Of a stretch of 64,000 nt of DNA, positions 12,472 through 24,500 are shown in pieces. A program made the translations under genes and the position numbers. How positions within the stretch are numbered: the stretch's first letter is position 1; the number at the start of each line of letters is the position of its first letter. Source of the stretch: Haliotis rubra (Eukaryota); NCBI RefSeq assembly GCF_003918875.1, contig NW_025767447.1, positions 186,001 to 250,000 on the forward strand, read 5' to 3'. The notes beneath the pieces are model-generated. The model saw only the letters and a list, made by a program, of their open reading frames with translations. It searched no databases and had not been told where the DNA came from.

Positions 12472-12631
12472 CAGTATGTGTCTGCGTGCGTGTGTAGGTG
12501 TGCCTGTGGGTGTTGTTTTGCAAGTAGACTGGGTGGTGGTGGTGGTGGTGGTGGTGGTGTTTAGAGAGATGTGGTGCGGCTGGTGTAGCGCCTGCGTGCA
12601 TATGTGCGTGCGTGCGTGCGTGCGTGCGTGC
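12225..12631. repeat. Compound microsatellite (GT)n/(GGT)n/(GTGC)n
   Basis: pure (GT)n about 12390-12467; (GGT)n 12531-12558; (GTGC)n 12604-12631. Confidence 0.95.
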
Positions 12632-12752
12632 AGTTCCTTACACCACACGGACGTTCAATGTGTCACATCATTTATAGAGACATCCAATAGACATCCTTCT
12701 AGCAGTGGCCGTGTAGTGGTGTAGTCCTGACGTACTAATTAACGCTCCAACT

Positions 12753-13042
12753 CCCACCACCTCGTACCACTTCCCACCACCTAGAACCACCTCGTAACAC
12801 TTCCCACCACCTCGCACCACCTAGAACCACCTCGTACCACTTCCCACCACCTCGCACCACCTAGAACCACCTCGTACCACTTCCCACCACCTCGCACCAC
12901 CTATACCCACCTCGTACCACTTCCCACCACCTCGCACCACCTAGAACCACCTCGTACCACTTCCCACCACCTCGAACCACCTCGTACCACCTCGTACTAC
13001 CTCGCACCACCTAGAACCACATCGTACCACCTCGTACTACCA
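12753..13042. repeat. 10-bp repeat organised as a 40-bp higher-order unit
   Basis: ctagaaccac-ctcgtaccac-ttcccaccac-ctcgcaccac. Confidence 0.93.
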
Positions 13043-13274
13043 CACCGTATAGTCATGTTAAGCCTGTATGCAAGTACTTCAGTATGCAATGATCATATAT
13101 GCTGTCCCCACAACCCATGCATCGAGCAGGACGGTGTTGACAAACACATATTGACTGTCACGTACTTACTGAATGGTATAAAACAGAGGACTGTGACCAG
13201 TAACCCGAGCCGAACTGTCTCCATCGCCGAGTCAAAGGTATGTATCACAAGGCACTCAGGTAGGTTTAACACAG

Positions 13275-13572
13275 ATAAACCCGTGTTATATCCTTTTGCC
13301 AAAAAAAACCCTTGCTATATCCTTTCGTCAGAGAAACTTGTGTTTATTCCGTCGTCAGAGAAACTTGTGTTATATCCCGTCGTCAGAGAAACCTGTGTTA
13401 TATGCCGTCGTCAGAGAAACTTGTGTTAAATCCTTTCTTCAGTGACATCTGGGTTATATCCGTTCGTCAGGGAAAACTTTTAGATTCCTTCGTCAGAAAA
13501 CGTGTGTTATAAACAGTCTTCAGAGAAATATGTGTTATATCCTTTCTTCAGAGAAATCTGTGTTATATCCTT
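13275..13572. repeat. Degenerate ~29-bp tandem repeat
   Basis: tgtgttatatcccgtcgtcagagaaac variants. Confidence 0.85.
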
Positions 13573-14127
13573 ACGACTGTTTTATCACACCTAGACACAC
13601 TGCATACAGTTTGTTTGTGGTGAGATTTGATAGTAAGCCTGCGAACTCAGAAAGTATCCTGTTTTGATAAATGTTTAGCCAGACACCCCCATTCTTTGAC
13701 AACTCAGGGAGATTTGTTCCATAATGCGTCCAGTATTTTCCTCGACGTGCCAACAGCCACTGAAAGGTAAACACGCCACTTCAATTAATTAATCTCACAG
13801 GTTAGTAAATCTTCTCATGTATAAAATGTCAATGAATTAAAACTGCGAGACACGAAAGTATCCAGCCCATGTATGTTCTTATCTGCTAGTGCGACACCCT
13901 CCTTAAGTGACTTCGGTACAGTTCGACCAGCCTATGCCGTCTCTACATGACCTTTCGCCATTAGGCAGTGCCGGGTCATCTCAATACCGACAGGCGTTGC
14001 CCGCGGTGACTACTTACATCTTGCTGGGGACATACAGTGGGCAGCTGGGGCGTGTGCAATAAAACAATAAAACAGGAACAAATATAACCCTCACGATGAA
14101 AGGTTCCTACTGTCGATCAGTGTCACC

Positions 14128-14168
14128 TACTCACTCACTCACTCACTCACTCACTCACTCACTCACTC
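14128..14168. repeat. (ACTC)n microsatellite
   Basis: about 10 copies; same motif as the SINE tails. Confidence 0.9.
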
Positions 14169-14285
14169 AACCGCTTTACTGAAGACAGTCCCTCTATTGT
14201 CGACGTTCGCTGTAGATCTGGTCATTCCTTCGGGGTGTTTTCCATCCTGTACTTCAGTCTAGATGTTCCTTATCAAAAACTGTTG

Positions 14286-17200
14286 TCCGTACCCTCTACC
14301 CATCTCTCTCACACCCATCCACCCCATCTCTCCTATAGTCCGTACCCTCTACCAATCTCTCTCACACCCATCCACCCCTATCTCTCCTATTATCTGTACC
14401 CTCTAACCATCTCTCTCACACCCATCCACCCCTATATCTCCTATAGTCCGTACCCTCTACCCATCTCTCTCACACCCATCCACCCCTATATCTCCTATAG
14501 TCCGTACCCTCTACCCATCTCTCTCACACCCATCCACCCTATCTCTCCTATTATCTGTACCCTCTACCCATCTCTTTCACACCCATCCACCCTATCTCTC
14601 ACACCCATCCACCCCTATATCTCCTGTAGTCCGTACTCTACCAAACTCTCTCACACCCAACCACCCTATATCTCCTGTAGTACGTATTCTCTACCAAACT
14701 CTCTCACACCCATCCACCCCTATATCTCCTGTAGTCCGTATTCTCTACCAAACTCTCTCACACCCAACCACCCTATATCTCCTGTAGTCCGTATTCTCTA
14801 CCAAACTCTCTCACACCCATCCACCCCTATATCTCCTGTAGTCCGTACTCTACCAAACTCTCTCACACCCAACCACCCCTATATCTCAGGTAGTCCGTAT
14901 TCTCTACCAAACTCTCTCACACCCAACCACCCATATATCTCCTGTAGTCCGTATTCTCTACCAAATTCTCTCACACTCAATGGGTACCAGGACAAGTTAC
15001 TGCTCAGCATGGTGAGAGACATTATGATGTCGATGTGGGTAACCGGCAGTGTCGCAGACACATCGACCAGTTGCGATCCAGAGAGGAACACAATATTAGC
15101 CTTCAAATTGAACCAGATTTACCAGAGAGGTGTGCAGCACGCTGGTTTATCTGTACGCCCCAATCACCGCTATATCTCCTGTAGTCCGTATTCTCTACCA
15201 AACTCTCTCACACCCATCCACCCCTATATCTCCTGTAGTCCGTATTCTCTACCAAACTCTCTCACACCCAACCACCCTATATCTCCTGTAGTCCGTATTC
15301 TCTACCAAACTCTCTCACACCCATCCACCCCTATATCTCCTGTAGTCCGTACTCTACCAAACTCTCTCACACCCAACCACCCTATATCTCCTGTAGTCCG
15401 TATTCTCTACCAAACTCTCACACCCAACCACCCCTATATCTCCTGTAGTCCGTATTCTCTACCAAACTCTCACACCCAACCACCCCTATATCTCAGGTAG
15501 TTTGTACCCTCTACCCATCTCTCTCACACCCATCCACCCCTATATCTCAGGTAGTCTCTACTCCCTACCCATCTCTCTCACACCCATCCACCCCTATATC
15601 TCCTGTAGTCCGTACTCTACCAAACACTCTCACACCCAACCACCGCTATATCTCCTGTAGTCCGTATTCTCTACCAAACTCTCTCACACCCATCCACCCC
15701 TATATCTCCTGTAGTCCGTACTCTACCAAACTCTCTCACACCCATCCACCCTATATCTCCTGTAGTCCGTATTCTCTATCAAACTCTCTCACACCCATCC
15801 ACCCCTATATCTCAGGTAGTCCGTACTCTACCAAACTCTCTCACACCCAACCACCCCTATATCTCCTGTAGTCCGTATTCTCTACCAAACTCTCTCACAC
15901 CCAACCACCCCTATATCTCCTGTAGTCCGTATTCTCTACCAAACTCTCTCACACCCAACCACCCCTATATCTCCTGTAGTCCGTATTCTCTACCAAACTC
16001 TCTCACACCCAACCACCCCTATATCTCAGGTGTAGTTTGTACCCTCTACCCATCTCTCTCACACCCATCCACCCTATATCTCAGGTAGTCTCTACTTCTC
16101 TCTACACCCATCCACCCCTATCTCTCCTATTCTCCGTACCCTCTACCCATCTCTCTCACACCCATCCACCCCTATCTCTCCTATAGTCCGTACCCTCTAC
16201 CCATCTCTCTCACACCCATCCACCCTATCTCTCCTATTATCTGTACCCTCTACCCATCTCTCTCACACCCATCCACCCCTATCTCTCCTATTATCTGTAC
16301 CCTCTACCCATCTCTCTCACACCCATCCACCCCTATTATCTGTACCCTCTACCCATATCTCTCTCACACCCATCCACCCCTATCTCTCCTATAGTCCGTA
16401 TTCTCTACCAATCTCTCTCACACCCAACCACCCCTATATCTCAGGTAGTCCGTACCCTCTACCCATCCCTTTCACACCCAACTACCCCTATATCTCCTGT
16501 AGTCCGTATTCTCTACCTATCTCTCACACCCAACCACCCTATCTCTAGGTAGTCTGTACCCTCTACCCATCTCTCTCACACCCATCCACCCTATATCTCA
16601 GGTAGTCTCTACTCTCTACCCATCTCTCTCACAGCCATCCACCCCTATCTCTCCTATAGTCCGTACCCCTCTACCCATCTCTCTCACACCCAACCACCCT
16701 ATATCTCCTGTAGGTCCGTACCCTCTACCAATCTCTCTCACACACATCCACCCCTATATCTCCTGTAGTCCGTATTCTCTACCCATCTCTCACACCCAAC
16801 CACCCTATATCTCCTGTAGTCCATTATTCCTCTACCAATCTCTCTCACACCCATCCACCCTATATCTCTCCTGTAGTCCGTACTCTACCAAACTCTCTCT
16901 CACACCCAACCACCCCTATATCTCCTGTAGTCCGTATTCTCTACCAATCTCTCTCTCACACCCAACCACCCTATATCTCCTGTAGTCCGTATTCTCTACC
17001 AATCTCTCTCACACTCAACCACCGCTATATCTCCTGTAGTCCGTATTCTCTACCAAACTCTCTCACACCCATCCACCCCTATATCTCCTGTAGTCCGTAT
17101 TCTCACCAAACTCTCTCACACCCAATCACCCTATATCTCCTATAGTCCGTATTCTCTACCAAACTCTCACACCCATCCACCCCTATATCTTAGGTAGTTG

Positions 17201-17535
17201 TCTCTACCCTCTACCAATCTCACTCACAGCCAACCACCCCTATCTCTCCTATAGTCCGTACCCTCTACCCATCTCTCTCACTCAACCACCCCTATATCTC
17301 AGGTAGTTCGTACCCTCTACCCATCTCTCTCACACCCATCCACCCCTATATCTCAGGTAGTCTCTACTCCCTACCAATCTCTCTCACACCCATCCACCCC
17401 TATATCTCAGGTAGTCCGTATTCTCTCCCAATCTCATTCACACCCATCCACCCCTATATCTCCTATAATCTGTACCCTCTGCCCTTCTCACTCACACCCA
17501 ACCACCCCAATAGCGCCTGTAGTCCGTAATCTCAC
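14286..17535. repeat. ~54-bp pyrimidine-rich minisatellite, 3.2 kb
   Basis: unit ccgtattctctaccaaactctctcacacccaaccacccctatatctcctgtagt; interrupted at about 14981-15160. Confidence 0.97.
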
Positions 17536-19320
17536 ACATATTACCCTAATCCTCACTGGTCAGTTTTCACACGTCCTTATTTTGACTTGACTGAATACAG
17601 GACGCAACAATTCCTGGTGTTAATATTTTGTCCGTTCGATTCGGCAGCTGTCTGGAAAGTCATAAATACTGGCCAATAGCGAAATGGGTGTATATGGTGT
17701 TATGCTTCTCTGCTACAATCTGGTATGCTATGTTTACCTGTCATAAATATCTGTGTATGTTCTTGTCACAAACAGGCAGTCTAGTTAAATGTTTTCCTGG
17801 GTGGTTCAGAGGAAGCCCTCCGCAATGCCAGAGAAGTCATAACAGAGCTGTGAAATGGCTCGAAGATAATGCATAATTATGGGATATAATACATATATTC
17901 TACTTTGAAAATTGCAAATGAATAAAATCAAATTCACGAAAAGTTAAGTTTTTATAGTTACAAAATACAAAATTCGTTTTACTTTAGTGGTAAATATTTG
18001 CAAATTGTCTGTATTCAGAGTGAGAGGGTGGCGTTTTACGCTGTTGACAGGAAATTATAGATACAACCTACTCTGGTTTGGAGCAAGCAAACCATGAGAG
18101 TCGAACATGTTATTGGAGTGCAATGACACAGATAGCTAGCCATGGTCAAGGCAGGATCCTTGATAAGCTAGAATCGTACATAGATTCAGGTTTTCGCACT
18201 CATGCACATTCTACCCTTAGTGTCGAAACAGGCACCCCAGGCTGGTCAAGGAACACGGCCAGCTGAATCGGGTTGTCATTCTTGGAGACATGGCTGATTG
18301 TGGTACACCGGGTTGTCTTCTCCAGAGCGTATTTCCCGGCCGCCGCTGGAATATAGCTGAATGTGGCCTGGACGAAAAACTTCACAAATAATGGATAAGC
18401 ACAAAAAGTGTAAGCGATAAGAAATATACCATTTATGTCTCACACGCATACCGACAGTTAGTTCATACCTAATGTAAGATGTGTTGTGATTTTTAAGGCA
18501 ATAGCACGATTTCCACCCATCAGTTTCCATGGAAGCTGAAATCAGCTGTGTGATCAAGTAACGTTTCTACAACTATGGACGATACAGTTCATATATGTAT
18601 GCTAGTGTACATAGCTGACCTGGTTCATTTTGTTGTGTTATTTGTCAGCGTAGGTTGTACTTCATTTGTCACGAAATGGGGCTTTGAGGCGCCGTGTATT
18701 TCTTGTGTTATAACGACAATGTCTCTGTTGAAACATTCTGTCCTTTGATTTCATGTTTTGAACTGCGCCAAGGTCGAATTTTCTTTTTTGTGAACCGACT
18801 GAGGTCATGGAAAGTATATTAGCTGTATGTTTACATCCATAGTTTGAATGTTCTGTAAAGTAACATGTTTGGAATGAACTGAAATAGACTTCACAAGTAT
18901 GCAGTTTGAGGTAGTAGCGCCTAATATCGTCAATACTTTAAATATCATGTTTTGCGGCATAGGTGGATACATTCAGTAGATGTCACTCAAAAATGTAGTT
19001 TCAATTAAAGTTGTAATGTCTCAAGTTTTTAATCATACCAGATATACTGATACCAAAAAGCTACTGACATATATATAAACCTCTCTCCCGGAATCTTAAA
19101 TCTTCATAGGACCACCACACCCATTCATTTCTGACCTATTGTACATCAAAGGTACTTGACACAATGGCAAATACTGTTATTGGTAGTCAGTATTGTTGTC
19201 TCGCCGCTATAAGTCAAAACTCTCAAGGTTGTGGTCGATCAGTGAGGTAAGGCTGGTCGGGGAATATTTACTATCTGGGTTACAAACCCCTTTCACCACC
19301 ACGTGTATGGCGCTGTAGTC

Positions 19321-19429
19321 CACGTGTGTTGTGCCCTGAAACCTACAATGGTCTTCAGTGCACACACATGTTTATTTATGATTACTGTGCACTTAAGACC
19401 ATTGTAGGGTTTAGGGCACCACACACGTG
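19321..19429. repeat. Inverted repeat/hairpin, ~44-bp arms
   Basis: cacgtgtgttgtgccctgaaacctacaatggtcttcagtgcaca / tgtgcacttaagaccattgtagggtttagggcaccacacacgtg. Confidence 0.85.
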
Positions 19430-20521
19430 TATCACGCTGCTTGCAAGTCGAGCTAGCAGCATCGGGACAAGACAAAACTATGGAATCAATAAACATCATT
19501 CAAAGCGCGACAATGCGACATAGCCAAAAATGGACAAAATGTCCCGTTGTGGCATTGTCGCACTTTGGTTAATTTTGCCACTTTTTTTTGTTTTTGTAAG
19601 GGCGACAACGCGAATGTCTTCTTGGATTCCATACAAAACACTTCGGGCAGATGTAGAGTTCAACTTGCATCAGCTGGCTAAACCACCATCTGTCACTGTC
19701 CACACACAGAACCCTCATGTCGACATGATCTAGTAAATATTTATGATGCGAATTGAGCCGAATTTCTATTTCAAAATCCTATGTTTTAACGTCAATCATG
19801 TCCTGCTTGCCAGACACAAGTCAGCTTAACCTGATAACCATCTAGTAGGTCCACACCCCTCTGTGTGGAGGCCCTGCTTACTGGGCAGCAGCTCATTGAC
19901 CAAGTTCTTCTGCATCACACACCGAACATACTGAAGATGAATGGACAGGATTCTGATAGGTTAAAATATCGTTCTTTTAACCATATTATGTCTCTGTATA
20001 ACTCATTGGACTTTGACTTCCTGATCCCTGACACTGAGGTATTTGGTATCAAAGTTCCACAAATTTCATCATCAGGTATTGTGATGCAATTTGTAAAGTT
20101 TGTGGTGCCAAATTCTAATGGTAGTCCCACAACACCCTCACTCCTCCACAGCTGGTACTGCCACCATGGTGTAGTGGATAGTGTATTTCCCTGGAGAGGA
20201 GGTAAGAGGTTTGATCCCCTGGTCATGCTATACCTAAAGATGTAAACAGATGTTCCCCAGCCTGGCACTTGGCATTCAGGACATAAACCAAGGACTGATC
20301 GGCTGGGAGTGAGTATGCTATGTCTGAGTGGGGTATACTGTCTCCTCTGTCACAGATAAGCAGATTGTGTCCCAGCTGATGTTTGCTAACAAACATACAT
20401 AGTCTCAGAGTGTCATAAATATTGGTGTTAGCCTGACTCACTTCAGACCTTCCCACACCAGGACATGTAAGCCCTGTAAACCAATAAATGATAAGAAATG
20501 TCAGCACTTATGTTGTTTCAT

Positions 20522-20532
20522 TTTATTTTATT
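20522..20532 (-). promoter_or_regulatory. Candidate polyadenylation signal of gene A
   Basis: Two overlapping AATAAA on - strand about 1 kb after the stop, followed by a T/GT-rich stretch. Confidence 0.45.
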
Positions 20533-21503
20533 TTTCTTTACAAAAATATCACATATGTATATAAAAATCTTGTGCAAATGTTTACAATACACATTTTGAA
20601 CGAGTCCATTATTCAGCTGTAGATGTGACCATGATTGTTTTGGTGCTTCAACTGAATATGATGATATTTTTTCAACAAAGATGTTTCAATGCACTTTGCA
20701 CGTAGGATATTTTTCAACTTTATTCAATAATATTTCAACCAAACAAATAAAAAACAGTCAATAATGGATTCAGTCCCAGATATAGGTGACATTATTTCAT
20801 TTTATGTACAATATGTAAATATAGTATATATACAAGATATGTTGGTTAATGAGCACTCAGATCTCGCTCCAGCTCAAGACTACACCGCTGTACAACCAGG
20901 CCTAAAGGCAGCTCAAATTACACAGATTACATGATAATTACCCATATTTCCACAACATCATATCGGTTTTCTCTAAGTGCATATACAGACTCAAAACTTT
21001 AGTTTTCTTTCACAACATTATACATTGTTTTCATAAAGGACTATCGATACTTCCTAATCAGGTTTGGCACCTGGCCAGGTGGTGATTGAAGGAGGAGTCA
21101 ATTACAGTTACTATTGCCGAGTTATTCAAGATCTTATTGATGATAACAAAGTAACTGTCAAATAGACTTGTTACAATGTCTGGATCTTTCTGTTATTTCT
21201 TTTAAATGCTATCATATACATGACTGCCATTGCTATACATATCACACCAGGCAAAGGCTGCCTTACACAAGTTTGCATGCCTCTGGAAGAATGTTCATGT
21301 TTTCCTGTTGTGACAATATAGCCACTGAATGTCTACAAGAACAGCATGTTACAACTCCAGTAATGTCACTCCTGATATGATTACCAAGTCCTTTGTATCA
21401 CTTTGGTTGTATTGACCTTCAAATATATATAATAAACAGTGTAGCTGGTTAATATGACTGTTGTATTTCCTAAACTCTTAGCCAATGCAGTTTCCTTCCA
21501 GAA

Positions 21504-21579
21504 TCATTGGCCATCAGGCAGTTCTTGTGGAATATTGATGTGTAGCACTCCTTGAGACATATTTACATAGGGTCCATTC
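21504..21579 (-). CDS. Gene A candidate last coding exon
   Basis: tttcag acceptor at 21580; reads RMDPM* (stop at 21563) after the mini-exon, or KNGPYVNMSQGVLHINIPQELPDGQ* (stop at 21504) if it is skipped. Confidence 0.5.
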
Positions 21580-24500
21580 CTGAAACAAAAGACATTGTTG
21601 GGTCATTCCCACTGTCTCATTGGTTCATTCTATACTACACATACTGGTCATTATCAGTGTTATCCTACAGATACATATATTTTCCAAATTGGTAACGGTA
21701 TCTGAGAATGGCCTCTCATAAATTGAACAATATCAAATGTCAACACTCTCCTGCAAAACCACAGTTGAACAACAATTAATTAACAAAAGCATTAATTTCA
21801 ACTATTGAATTATTTTCTTTTTTAAGATGTCAATGTGTCACATCCATTAGCGCTGAAAACCTGCTGATGCAAAGTGTAACTTCAACTCCCTCACTAACTC
21901 AACCCATATCCTGAACATATCATCTTCATCAGCACAGGGAAGTATGTATTTTTAATGGTCATGTAAGAAAAACTTCCATGGAAAGACTTTAGTTGTATTT
22001 TGAATAACAAAATATCTTTACAGCTTGACTGCAATGTATTAAGTATGCCACTACTTACGTGTTTCTTGTGAATCCATGAAATCTTTATGACTGAAAAACG
22101 AATCAACTAATTAATAATCAGGAACATATGTAACCATATGAGGTTAAAAGTCTATAACGGTAAGGCATAAATAGTACACAGATGGGTAACAGTGGCAGTC
22201 AAAGGGACTTGCTCCACAAGCATACGGTTTGCGTGTGTTGTCTTGGAGGTTCAAGAATATACTTGTCACTCTGAAGACCCGGGTTCGATTCTCCACATCA
22301 GTAAAATGTGTGAAGCAAATTTCTATGTTTTCCCACCCCAATATGGGTGTGGTATTGTTAGACAACAGCTGGAATATTGTACAAACAACACAAAACCGTA
22401 CTCACTCCTGGTGTATTAAATACATATGTAAACACAGGATAGGCAGAAGGACTAGTTGGGTTCCCTGAAGGGCATCTGGACCTACTTTTTATAGAGGATG
22501 CAGATGGCGCCAATGAGGATGCAACAGCAGATGAAAATGAAGATGGCCAAGGCGACCAGTGTCCACCACAAGGGCTCCCAGCTGATCCTGTCCTTGGATG
22601 ACCGCGTCTTATAGCATGACTGTCAAAAACACAAAACCCATCAAACACCCACAAATGATTCATCACTTTCATGCAGTGAAGAATACTACTTGTACAACAA
22701 CATCTTATGTACCCACACATCACTTCCATGCAGTCTAGAATACTATTTGTAAAACAATATCTCATGTACCTATACATCAGTTACAAATCTTCATAATGAC
22801 CACACTCTCACACTCACTCTCACCAGAACCCCTTTCCACAACTCCTTGAAATGTCCCAACACTCTCCACACCTCTGTGCAGTGTTCCAACACTCTCCACA
22901 CCTCTGTGCAGTGTTCCAACACTCTCCACACCTCTGTGCAGTGTCCCAACACTCTCCACACCTCTGTGCAGTGTCCCAACACTCTCCACACCTCTGTGCA
23001 GTGTCCCAACACTCTCCACACCTCTGTGCAGTGTTCCAACACTCTCCACACCTCTGTGCAATGTTCCAACACTCTTCATAACCCTGTCATGTTTCCACAC
23101 TGAGACTCACCCCTGGGCTACCAGCGCCATATTTCTGTAGGATTTTCTGATAGTTGCTGTTGTCCAAGCCATTTGCCCCTTCCCTCACGCTCTGCACATT
23201 GTCCTTTGATACCATGACAAAACATACATCCGTTCTAGAAAATACAAAGAAACAATCATTAGAAAAACAGCAAAACATCACTTAAACATCACACATTGAC
23301 GTTGTAAGCCTCTAGGCATGGATAACTTATAGTGGGAGCATGGGTGACTAAACAGTCAATTGTATCCAATATCAGTTGCAGGATGTGCTGATCAAAGGTT
23401 CAAATCAATCGGTTAATAAATGTTTGTTTGTCAACACCTGCGAGTAAACATCTGTGACCAGACCCTCCTTTAGACACGGTGATCAAACTTGTTTTACACT
23501 TCTCACTCACTGTGATCAAACTGGAAGAAATGTTTTACAACTTCTCACTCACTCACTCACTCACTCACTCCTCCAAGCAGTTCAGTCATGTCAGTCATGT
23601 CAATCTTACTTTGCGGACTCTCTATCTGCGTCTCCTCTGTGGTAGGATATCTGCTGGACCTTGAAATAATTGTCACTGCTCACTCCATTCAGCGCTCTAA
23701 AAACAAATATATAATGATACAATACTCCCTACAGACTATGGTTTAGTCTCTGAAAATGTCTAATTCGGACAGAAACAAACAACTCTCTTTAAGGTGAAAA
23801 GGAGCTCCAGGAACACGAGATTTAGGGATTATTACCATCTGAATTGGGCTACACATGTAGGGGTCATTTACGTGTGTGGTAACCTGGACCGGAATCCCAC
23901 TTATTCTATTGTTATTGAGAGGTTACAAATGTATACATCGTATCATGATGAGCGGTCTGAAACCATTTGACTACTGAAGTCGCAATGCATGATGGGAAGT
24001 AACAGCATTACTTCAGAAACTTCTGGGGAGTAATAATTATTTGACATTACATTACAACACCATGGAAAATCAAGACTTAGGGCTGTAGCATACAGTAAGG
24101 GCTGGGCGGACAGAAAATAATATGGTTCAATGATTATGAGACAGACTAAACACTCCACAGGATGGCATTGAGCCATAATGTGTATATGTTCTAGTTACGG
24201 TTTCCTGCTATCATTCTGAGTTGAGCAGACGTACATGAGAAGGTCATTCACTTTATTCCGGGCATCATTTGGCGGTTCATTAATCACAACGCGGATTGTC
24301 TGGGCTGGCTCAAAGATGTAAATCTGAAACAGAGAGCATAGACTAATGCTCAACGATACAGGTCTTTGAATATCATTTAGATGTGATACACATAAGGAAG
24401 ATGGTCTTATGGATGTCAACTTCTTTATTATTTGAGGAACACAACATTTAGGAGTACCCCAGTATAGCCTTACTCTTTCATCAGGTTGTTGATACACTTC

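Noticed and set aside
19865-20268. 126/117-aa overlapping ORFs in the intergenic gap
   Set aside because: No recognisable motifs or splice context; possibly decayed repeat.
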